A stretch of DNA of 32,000 nt from Acutalibacter sp. (GTDB lineage Bacteria; Bacillota; Clostridia; Oscillospirales; Acutalibacteraceae): the NCBI GenBank assembly GCA_020025775.1, contig JAHHRN010000003.1, positions 27,848 through 59,847 on the forward strand, given 5' to 3'. Every line of letters starts with the position of its first letter. The stretch's first letter is position 1. Below the pieces are notes generated by a model. That model worked only from the letters and a program-made list of their open reading frames with translations, searched no databases and had not been told where the DNA came from. Below are positions 9,782 through 17,155 of this stretch, piece by piece. The translations under genes and the position numbers were made by a program.

Positions 9782-11107
9782 TTATTCTGCCCGTACAGAT
9801 TGAATCTTAACAGGATACGTTTCCATTGCCCAGGCTTTCGTGTTTCCCTTTACAATCACATGTGCTTGAACGGTTTGTGTACCTTCCTTGATATCTTCAT
9901 CTGTCAAATCCAACTCTACAAACAGCATTTCATTGGTTAAAGCCACCACTTCTTCCTTTGTGCCAACAATTTTTACATTTTCAATACTTGTGGACTGAAT
10001 ACTGCTTTGGAAGCCGTTTTTTTGCCCGACAATTTGCATGTTGGCGGCAGGAACGGTAAAAGCACCGGAAACGATTGTACCGCTCATATCCACAGTAACC
10101 TTAAATTTGGCATTGGAATTCACAACTGTGTGATCGGTAACATCCGAAGCACTGAAAGTAAAGTTGTTTTTACCGGATTTCAAATCTGAGAAGTCAATAG
10201 TACCGACGCTGATGCTCTGCACTTCTTCCAGTTTCTCGATTAAAACAGCTGCTTCAATCTTTGAGGGTGAAATTCGTACAGGTACCTCAGCATTGAGATA
10301 ACCCGCCGGAGCATTTTTAAAGGTTACCGTGGTTGGTAATACAACCTTTTTCAAAACCGGCATTGTCATAGTAACAGCGCTTTCTTCTGTATCAATCGTT
10401 ATATGATTTAAGCTCTCACCGTTGTCTGTTTGCAGCTTAATCTCCGATTTTGCCGTGGTTGTCGCTTGTAAGGGCGCATCCAAGGTAGTTTCTGCTACAA
10501 CACCGACAATTTTATTAACGTCTGTTGCCGCGCCGGAAACTACAACGGATTTTTTAGAGAATACAATATTGCCTAAAATGCAGCCATCTGCCACTGTTTG
10601 GTCTTTCGGGGCGATAATACGGGGTTCGATGGGGAACTCCACTTCTTTATAGGTATCAAAGTAAACGTCAATATAGTTTTGAGAAAGACGAACAATATCA
10701 AATTCCTTAGATTTATTCGCTGTAACCTTTAACTGTAGAGATTTATTACCCGAGGAATCCACATAATTGGTCTGCGCTGTGACGGTAATATCTTCTGGTT
10801 TTAAATTAGAAACGATAAAGCGCTTGCCGCTGACCACAACATCTACCGTATAATCGGTCTTTCCGAACATCTGCAAATTCAGTTGCGCAGGCACACTGTT
10901 TTCTATATCAATTTGCACTGGTACACCGCTGATTGTTGTTTCAACCACAGGACTTTTCTCGATAGCTACCCAGAGCCAAAGTGCAAAGGCTAAAAGCAGG
11001 GAGAAAAGCATGGTAACTTTATTGTTGTATACAATAGCGCGAAAGCCGTAATATTTCTTTTTTTCGGGAGCTACATTTTCTTGCAATGGCTTATTATTTT
11101 GTTCCAT
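9782..11107 (-). CDS. cdaR: YbbR-domain protein, CdaA regulator
   Basis: 441 aa. N-terminal TM helix followed by repeated beta-rich YbbR-like modules. Overlaps the cdaA stop by 14 nt, the canonical cdaA-cdaR arrangement. Confidence 0.8.
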   Translation of the reverse strand: MEQNNKPLQENVAPEKKKYYGFRAIVYNNKVTMLFSLLLAFALWLWVAIEKSPVVETTISGVPVQIDIENSVPAQLNLQMFGKTDYTVDVVVSGKRFIVSNLKPEDITVTAQTNYVDSSGNKSLQLKVTANKSKEFDIVRLSQNYIDVYFDTYKEVEFPIEPRIIAPKDQTVADGCILGNIVFSKKSVVVSGAATDVNKIVGVVAETTLDAPLQATTTAKSEIKLQTDNGESLNHITIDTEESAVTMTMPVLKKVVLPTTVTFKNAPAGYLNAEVPVRISPSKIEAAVLIEKLEEVQSISVGTIDFSDLKSGKNNFTFSASDVTDHTVVNSNAKFKVTVDMSGTIVSGAFTVPAANMQIVGQKNGFQSSIQSTSIENVKIVGTKEEVVALTNEMLFVELDLTDEDIKEGTQTVQAHVIVKGNTKAWAMETYPVKIQSVRAE

Positions 11108-12002
11108 CTTTTTTTCTCCCTTTCGTAAATAATTTCAGCTTGGATTTTTCAGACGGCTCTTTTTCTAAGAGATGCTTTGAAAGAATTTCTCGTAAATCGC
11201 CTGTTGAAATGTTTCTTTTTAAATTACCCTTATAAGCCAAAGAAATTCCGCCGGTTTCTTCTGAAACCACAACCACCAAAGCATCGCTCTGCTCACTCAT
11301 ACCGATAGCCGCACGGTGGCGTGTACCCAGTTCACTGCTTACGGTTCTGTTTTGCTGTACAAGCGGTAAAATACAACCTGCCGCGCAGATTTTACCGTCT
11401 CTGAAAATCACAGCGCCATCATGTAAAGAGGCCATGGGGAAAAACAAGTTTTCAATAAGCTCTGTGCTTACAAGTGCATCTACCTTGGTGCCTGTGTTAA
11501 TCACATCACCTAAAATACTTTTTTGTTCAAAAACCATCAAAGCGCCTACACGCTTGTCGCTCATATCTGCACAGGCTTTTGTAACCTCGTGAATCATTTT
11601 GCTTAATTCTTCGTTCTTTTGAGAGACCGAATTATTTTTAAGACCCATAAAGCTGAATTTGCCAACATTGCTTCTGCCGACGCTTTCGAGTGCATGTCGA
11701 ATTTCAGGCGCAAAAATAATCACCAACACCAACAGAATGTTGGAGAAAATCATCGAGAACATATACGTGCTGACCGGCATTTTCAGAAGATAAACAATTG
11801 CATATACCGCAACCAGAAGCACAAAGCCTTTCGCTAACTGAATCGCTCTTGTTTCTCGAATCAACTTGATTGCGCTGTAAATTACGAAGGCAACCAGCAA
11901 AACATCCAGCACATCGGAAATACTGTTAAAGCTCAAAATAGCCTTACCGATTTCACTAAACATATTAGAAAATGATAAATAGAATGGCATAGTAACACCC
12001 AT
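11094..12002 (-). CDS. cdaA: Diadenylate cyclase (c-di-AMP synthase), membrane-anchored
   Basis: 302 aa. Three N-terminal TM helices, DAC-domain motifs DGAVIF and GTRHRAAIG. The second ATG at 11990 (MPFYL..) has the better spacing to GGGTG and may be the true start. Confidence 0.9.
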   Translation of the reverse strand: MGVTMPFYLSFSNMFSEIGKAILSFNSISDVLDVLLVAFVIYSAIKLIRETRAIQLAKGFVLLVAVYAIVYLLKMPVSTYMFSMIFSNILLVLVIIFAPEIRHALESVGRSNVGKFSFMGLKNNSVSQKNEELSKMIHEVTKACADMSDKRVGALMVFEQKSILGDVINTGTKVDALVSTELIENLFFPMASLHDGAVIFRDGKICAAGCILPLVQQNRTVSSELGTRHRAAIGMSEQSDALVVVVSEETGGISLAYKGNLKRNISTGDLREILSKHLLEKEPSEKSKLKLFTKGRKKDGTK

Positions 12003-12008
12003 TTCAAC

Positions 12009-12070
12009 AAAAAATACAATACATCGTGACAGTTATAGCATTTTATCTATACAATCACGATATATTGTAT
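12009..12070 (-). terminator. Long inverted repeat plus T-tract between the desulfurase gene and cdaA (terminator/attenuator-like)
   Basis: On the minus strand, ATACAATATATCGTGA (12070-12055) pairs with TCACGATGTATTGTAT (12029-14), 15 of 16 bp. The 25-nt loop contains TATAG/CTATA. TTTTTGTTG follows, about 7 nt before the first ATG of cdaA (12002) and about 20 nt before the alternative ATG at 11990. Confidence 0.5.
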
Positions 12071-12092
12071 CACAGTTAACCACTTTTTGCAA
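12064..12092 (-). promoter_or_regulatory. Candidate sigma-A promoter for cdaA, embedded in the inverted repeat
   Basis: TTGCAA (12092-87), 17-nt spacer, TACAAT (12069-64) preceded by TGA (extended -10). Confidence 0.4.
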
Positions 12093-13233
12093 TTTTAAAT
12101 ATAGAATTTAATAAACAATTTACATCTTTTTCCGTTGTAAAAGCAGAAGGACAAATACGCACTGCACCCTGCTCTTCTGTATGGTAAAAATTATGTGCCA
12201 ACGGTGCGCAGTGTAGTCCTGCACGAACAGCAATTCCGTCTTTTGCAAGAGCTGCCCCCACCTCTTCGCTGTGTTTATCGTTTATATTAAAAGACAGCAG
12301 AGGAACAAATTGTTTGCAGGGATTCGTAATATCTTCGTAAAGCTGAATCTCAGGGCAGGCAGAAAGCGCTTCATAGATTTTTATTATATGCCGCATTTCC
12401 TTTTGATATAACGCTTCGACCCCTTGTTTTTTTACAAAACGAATACCCTCTGCTAATGCAATAATACCAGGAACATTAAGCGTACCGCTTTCAAGCCGAT
12501 CCGGATAAATATTCGGTTGCTGAAGAAGCATCGACTGTGAGCCTGTACCCCCTTGCATCAGCGGCTTTAAAAGTTTTGGATTATTGCAAAGCAAAAGACC
12601 TGTTCCCATAGGTCCGTATAGACCCTTATGCCCTGCCGCGCACAAAAAATCTATTCCCAAGCTCTGCATATCTAAATTCAAAATACCTGCTCCTTGGGCA
12701 GCATCTACAATAAAATATAAGTCTTTCTCTTTGGCAAGCTGTGAAAGCTTTTTTAAAGGCAATCTTGTACCGAACACATTTGAAGCCGCTGTACAGACTA
12801 TAGCGATTGTATTTTCTTTTATGCCCTCTTTAAAGTTTTTTATGGTTTCTTCCTCTGTCGCACCGATGTCCGCCGTGCTCCAAGTGCAAATTCCTTCTCG
12901 TTCGATTGCAGCAAGCGGCCGTGCCACTGCATTATGCTCTAAAGAAGAGGAAAGAAAATGTCCACCTTTTTCGGCAATTCCCCAAAGAACGGTGTTTAAC
13001 GCTTCTGTGCAATTCTTTGTAAAAATTACACATTCCGGCTCTGGCAAATGAAAGAAATCAGCCGCTTCTACACGGGTTTCATAAATTTTTTCCGCCGTTC
13101 GAAACGCCATATCATGCCCACCCCTGCCGGGATTTGCACCATAAATTTCCAAGGCATTTTTCATAGCAGAAAGCACGCTGCTTGGTTTTGGATAAGTTGT
13201 TGCGGCATTATCAAAATAAATCATTTCAGCCAT
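12076..13233 (-). CDS. Class V aminotransferase, cysteine desulfurase family (SufS/CsdA-like group II)
   Basis: 385 aa. PLP lysine context AAGHKGLYGP and active-site RAGLHCAPLAH. Confidence 0.8.
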   Translation of the reverse strand: MAEMIYFDNAATTYPKPSSVLSAMKNALEIYGANPGRGGHDMAFRTAEKIYETRVEAADFFHLPEPECVIFTKNCTEALNTVLWGIAEKGGHFLSSSLEHNAVARPLAAIEREGICTWSTADIGATEEETIKNFKEGIKENTIAIVCTAASNVFGTRLPLKKLSQLAKEKDLYFIVDAAQGAGILNLDMQSLGIDFLCAAGHKGLYGPMGTGLLLCNNPKLLKPLMQGGTGSQSMLLQQPNIYPDRLESGTLNVPGIIALAEGIRFVKKQGVEALYQKEMRHIIKIYEALSACPEIQLYEDITNPCKQFVPLLSFNINDKHSEEVGAALAKDGIAVRAGLHCAPLAHNFYHTEEQGAVRICPSAFTTEKDVNCLLNSIFKIAKSG

Positions 13234-13442
13234 AACGTTTCTCCGAAAGGAATATGAGCCTCTTCTAAAATATGCAAAACGTCTTCTTGCGCATGAGGAA
13301 CGAACAGACTATAGCCACACCCTTCGTTTTTTAGGGGATGGGTGTGTTTTTTCACAGCCGACTGAATCCCCTTTTGCGCCAAAACCGATTTAGCCTTGAG
13401 CGCATAGGTGACCGAACTGATTTTTATAGATAGATTTTTCAT
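13221..13442 (-). CDS. DUF3343-like small protein (putative S/Se carrier-like)
   Basis: The track ORF extends to 13484, but MKNLSIKISSVTYALKAKSVL.. from the ATG at 13442 follows GGTGG and matches the usual ~70-aa size. Overlaps the desulfurase start by 13 nt. The family call is from memory of this pairing. Confidence 0.5.
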   Translation of the reverse strand: MKNLSIKISSVTYALKAKSVLAQKGIQSAVKKHTHPLKNEGCGYSLFVPHAQEDVLHILEEAHIPFGETLWLK

Positions 13443-13526
13443 AGAAGCACCACCATATTTTCTTTTTATTATTCTATGACACAAAGAAAAGGGATGTTCA
13501 AAAACAAAAAGCAGACAACAAAGCCT

Positions 13527-14237
13527 TTACTTTGTTATCTGCTCCAATTCTTCTTTGGTAAGTTCTCTTGCCTGCCCCGGCTGTAAAGTTTCATCTAAGG
13601 CAAGTTTGCCGATGTGTGTTCGTTTTAAGGCTACAACCGGTGAACCAACAGCTGCAAACATTCTTTTGATTTGATGATATTTGCCTTCACAAATTTTCAC
13701 TTCAAAAATGCATGCATCTTCTTCGCTCTGTTTTACATAAGCAGGCAAAAAGCGAGTGCCGTCACGCATTTCTAAGCCTTCTTCTAAGCGCATTTTTCCG
13801 TCTTTGGTTAAAGGATTTTCTACTGTAACCAAATAGGTTTTCTCTACATGATGCTTCGGAGAAAGAATGTTATGCGCAAATGCGCCGTCATCCGTAATCA
13901 AAACAAAACCTGTAGTATCTTTATCGAGTCTTCCGGCAGGAAAAAGCCCGTTGCGTTTCAAGTGTTCCGGAACTAAATCAACCACTGTTTTTTCATTCGG
14001 AGAACGACTTGCCGAAACCACGCCTTGTGGCTTGTTCAGCATAATATAAATATATTTTTTCAAAGAAAACGGTTTACCGTCCAGTAGGACTTCATCGGTG
14101 TCGGCATTTACTTTTTGACCAGCATCTGTCACCGGTTTCCCGTTCAGCATAACGCGGCGGTCTTTAATCAGTTGTTTAGCTTCTTTTCGGGAATACTGAC
14201 CCGCAGACAGCCATTTATCAATTCGTTCTAAGGCCAA
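13527..14237 (-). CDS. RsuA/RluB-family rRNA pseudouridine synthase with N-terminal S4 domain
   Basis: Catalytic GRLDKDTTGFVLITDDG and S4 motif ERIDKWLS. The track start (TTG 14297) overlaps the upstream gene. The in-frame TTG at 14237 follows AAAGGAAGTG at 5-nt spacing and begins right at the S4 domain. Confidence 0.85.
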   Translation of the reverse strand: MALERIDKWLSAGQYSRKEAKQLIKDRRVMLNGKPVTDAGQKVNADTDEVLLDGKPFSLKKYIYIMLNKPQGVVSASRSPNEKTVVDLVPEHLKRNGLFPAGRLDKDTTGFVLITDDGAFAHNILSPKHHVEKTYLVTVENPLTKDGKMRLEEGLEMRDGTRFLPAYVKQSEEDACIFEVKICEGKYHQIKRMFAAVGSPVVALKRTHIGKLALDETLQPGQARELTKEELEQITK

Positions 14238-14259
14238 AGATTCACTTCCTTTATAAGGG

Positions 14260-14754
14260 TTAAGTTGTAGGTGATTGCTCTGTATTTTCACGCACAAACC
14301 CGTGCATAAATCCTTCTAGTTCAGTAGAGCAAACATCCCCGCCAACCACTTGACCGTCAAATATCAAGAGTGTGGCTAGAATATACTCCGCATTTTCTTC
14401 CCCGGGATAGTTCAAAATCCGATAGCTCCATTTTTTCACACGTTTACCGGCATAAGGCAAAAGGTCAAAGCCCTGCTTTTTTTGAATGCCGTTATAAACC
14501 TCATATGTATCGTTAAAAACCTCGGGAATAATAATTTCCTGCACTTCAACTGGATCCGGCGCAACCTCATAGCCGAACTGTGAAAGATAAGCAATTCTTT
14601 CTTCCTGCGTAGCAGCTCGGAGATTCAAGGCATTTTCTTTTCCCGTTTTAACATTTTTATGTGTAACACATAAAAATGCAATCAGCAAAGCTAAAATAAC
14701 CGCTACTAAAACGCCCAGTCGAATTTGTTTTTTAGAAAAAGATAAAACGAACAT
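14260..14754 (-). CDS. DUF4830-like membrane-anchored protein
   Basis: One N-terminal TM helix, then RIAYLSQFGYEV..IIPEVFNDTYEVYN, typical of this clostridial family (recollection). The third codon ATG at 14754 has proper spacing to GAGGTGA; the ATG at 14760 abuts it. Confidence 0.55.
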   Translation of the reverse strand: MFVLSFSKKQIRLGVLVAVILALLIAFLCVTHKNVKTGKENALNLRAATQEERIAYLSQFGYEVAPDPVEVQEIIIPEVFNDTYEVYNGIQKKQGFDLLPYAGKRVKKWSYRILNYPGEENAEYILATLLIFDGQVVGGDVCSTELEGFMHGFVRENTEQSPTT

Positions 14755-14760
14755 AAACAT

Positions 14761-14793
14761 TCACCTCGTACACATATATATGCGACGAGGTGA
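14761..14793 (-). promoter_or_regulatory. Hairpin whose 3' arm contains the SD of the DUF4830 gene
   Basis: TCACCTCGT (rc of 14793-85) pairs with ACGAGGTGA (rc of 14769-61): 9 bp around a 15-nt loop holding the palindrome CATATATATG. The ATG codons follow immediately. Confidence 0.45.
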
Positions 14794-14821
14794 AGAAAAC
14801 ATACCAATATAAAATTTTATA

Positions 14822-15361
14822 TTATTCGTTTGATTCCGTTTTCTGGTGCTGTGCAGCGACACGAAGGGACTGACGGGCTCTGCGAATTTCGTTTACAGAG
14901 TTTGTAAGGGTTTCATCGGCATGCGCTACGATGTTTTCTACATAGTCGCCTGCGCTCTGACGTAAATCGCTGGACCATTTCTGCGCTTTTTCAGTAATAT
15001 CCGCAGCCTGTGTACGCGCATTTTCTACAAGTTCAGAAGCCTGTGCACGGGCCTGATTCATAATATCCGCTGCTGCGATTTCTGCGCTCTTTGTGATTTC
15101 GCTTTCCTGCACCAATTCCTTTGCACGCTTATGGGCAGCAGAGATGATTTCATCTGCAGAATTCTGTGCGGCAATTAAAATTTCCTTACGCTCAGAAGCA
15201 ATTTTTCTTGCCTGCATCAGTTCGTCAGGCATATTGAGACGCATGTCTTCAATAACGCGCTTGATTTCGCCTACATCTAATAAAAGATTAGAGGTAAAGG
15301 GTACGCTTTTACCTTCTTCTAAAATTTCATCTAATTCTTCTAACAAACTCTCTATAGTCAT
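14822..15361 (-). CDS. Alanine/glutamine/glutamate-rich coiled-coil protein, function unknown
   Basis: 179 aa, low complexity with repeated A..A..E heptad-like runs (AQNSADEIISAAHKRAKELV, ARAQASELVENARTQAADITEKAQ). ATGA overlap with the coaD stop. Confidence 0.5.
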   Translation of the reverse strand: MTIESLLEELDEILEEGKSVPFTSNLLLDVGEIKRVIEDMRLNMPDELMQARKIASERKEILIAAQNSADEIISAAHKRAKELVQESEITKSAEIAAADIMNQARAQASELVENARTQAADITEKAQKWSSDLRQSAGDYVENIVAHADETLTNSVNEIRRARQSLRVAAQHQKTESNE

Positions 15362-15855
15362 TTTGTTTCTCCTTCTTTGATTCTTTCAATAATATCCTTA
15401 CGAATTATTTCAGGAACAAAATTGCTGATATCCCCATCTAATTCGCAAACCTGTTTCACTACGCTGGAACTTAAAAACATGTTTTCGGCTTTACTAGCTA
15501 TGAAAACTGTTTCCAAATCGCTATTCAGCTTTTTGTTGGTCAGAGCTTGCTGGAATTCGTATTCGAAATCCGAAACCGCCCTTAAACCTTTGACAATGGC
15601 AACTGCACCTTTTTGACGGGCATAGTCTGCCAAAAGTCCATGATAGCTTTCTACTTCTATATTTGGAATATCCTTTGTGCAGCGTTTAATCAGCTCCACT
15701 CTTTCTTCAGCTGTAAAGGAATACGTGTTTTTCTTATGATAGTTGGTCATCACAAGCACAATGACATGGTCGAACATCGTAGCACTGCGCCGTATAATAT
15801 CCAAATGCCCTATCGTTACGGGGTCAAAACTGCCCGGACAAATGGCTGTTTTCAT
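15358..15855 (-). CDS. coaD: Phosphopantetheine adenylyltransferase
   Basis: 165 aa. PGSFDPVTIGHLDII nucleotidyltransferase signature. ATGA overlap with rsmD. Confidence 0.92.
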   Translation of the reverse strand: MKTAICPGSFDPVTIGHLDIIRRSATMFDHVIVLVMTNYHKKNTYSFTAEERVELIKRCTKDIPNIEVESYHGLLADYARQKGAVAIVKGLRAVSDFEYEFQQALTNKKLNSDLETVFIASKAENMFLSSSVVKQVCELDGDISNFVPEIIRKDIIERIKEGETK

Positions 15856-16403
15856 AGCATCGCCTCATTGTTTCTGTAAACTGTCAGTTTTGTTTTGGAA
15901 TATTTGTATTCGCGATATTTTTGAAGATTCTCTACCTGTTCTGGAAGGGATTCTCTGCTGTCTGTTTCACAAAGCACCCATGCGTCCGCACTTACATGCG
16001 CCGCCACGAGCGGTAAAACATCATCTAAAATGCCTAAATTATAGGGCGGATCTAAAAGGACAATATCAAAGGTCTCTTTAGAAGAACGAAGGTAAGTCAC
16101 CGCATCTGTATTTAAACATACAGAACGGTCAAACAGCCCTGTAGATTTCAAGTTTTGCTGGGTAACCTGCATGGCATTTTTGTTTGCATCCAAGAAATAG
16201 GCTTTCTCAGCCCCTCTGCTCAAAGCTTCGATACCAAGCTGACCCGAACCTGAAAAAGCATCTAAAACCAAAGCATCCTGCAATTCAAACTGCACAATGC
16301 TGAACATAGATTCCTTCACCTTGTCACTCGTCGGGCGAACCACATCTCCGCCGGGAAGCGTTTGCAATTTTCTGCCTCTGGCTGTTCCTGTAATTACTCG
16401 CAT
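15852..16403 (-). CDS. rsmD: 16S rRNA (guanine966-N2)-methyltransferase
   Basis: 183 aa. LDAFSGSGQLGIEALSRGA SAM motif and DPPY. Conserved rsmD-coaD pairing. Confidence 0.88.
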   Translation of the reverse strand: MRVITGTARGRKLQTLPGGDVVRPTSDKVKESMFSIVQFELQDALVLDAFSGSGQLGIEALSRGAEKAYFLDANKNAMQVTQQNLKSTGLFDRSVCLNTDAVTYLRSSKETFDIVLLDPPYNLGILDDVLPLVAAHVSADAWVLCETDSRESLPEQVENLQKYREYKYSKTKLTVYRNNEAML

Positions 16404-16468
16404 AATCCGCTCCTAAACACACATTCTTACCTTATTTTCGTCTATTCTATCACAAATGTCAACAAAAA

Positions 16469-17128
16469 TCACGCATTTTTTAAGTTTAAAAGCAAGTTTT
16501 TTAATTCTTCTCTGTCGGAAACAGTCGTTTGAACGCCGGTTTTGGCTAAATCTTCCTTGGTTCTAAAGCCCCAAAGCACGCCGATAACATCCATCTTTGC
16601 ATTGGAAGCGGTCTGAATATCCACTTCGCTGTCGCCGATGAAAACAGCTTCATCTTTTGTAACACCCATTTGCTCTAAAGCATAATAAACGCCGTCCGGT
16701 GCAGGCTTATTGGGTCTGCCGTCTACACTGCCGACAACGGTTTTTACATAGTTACCGAACAAATTATTACAAAGTGCCTGTGCCGCAAAATCCGCTTTGT
16801 TGGTTACGATTGCCATTTTATAGCCGGCATCATAAAGCGCAGAAAGCATCTCGCTTGTGCCCGGATACTCTGCGGTTTTATTTTCCATATTGATTTTGTA
16901 ATGCGCACAAAAATCCGCAAATGCGGCCTCTAAATCTTCTGAGGAAGTTCCGGCAGGAACAGCTCTTTCCATCAACTTATGTACGCCGTTACCAACGAAT
17001 CGGCGTGTTTCCTCTAAGGTGCGCTTGGGATAGCCGTGCTTTTCGAGCGCAAAATTCACGCTGTCACGTAAATCCTCCAAGGTGTTTAAAAGTGTGCCGT
17101 CCAAATCAAAAACTATTGCTTTTTTCAT
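16469..17128 (-). CDS. HAD-superfamily hydrolase (phosphoglycolate phosphatase/PpaX-like)
   Basis: 219 aa. Motif I FDLDGTLLNT, motif II TNK, motif IV GDSEVD. Confidence 0.8.
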   Translation of the reverse strand: MKKAIVFDLDGTLLNTLEDLRDSVNFALEKHGYPKRTLEETRRFVGNGVHKLMERAVPAGTSSEDLEAAFADFCAHYKINMENKTAEYPGTSEMLSALYDAGYKMAIVTNKADFAAQALCNNLFGNYVKTVVGSVDGRPNKPAPDGVYYALEQMGVTKDEAVFIGDSEVDIQTASNAKMDVIGVLWGFRTKEDLAKTGVQTTVSDREELKNLLLNLKNA

Positions 17129-17155
17129 AAAACTTTTCTCCAGTTTATTAAAATT

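Noticed and set aside
12584-13051. 155-aa plus-strand ORF inside the desulfurase gene
   Set aside because: Antisense shadow ORF; the minus-strand frame carries the PLP-lysine and active-site Cys motifs.
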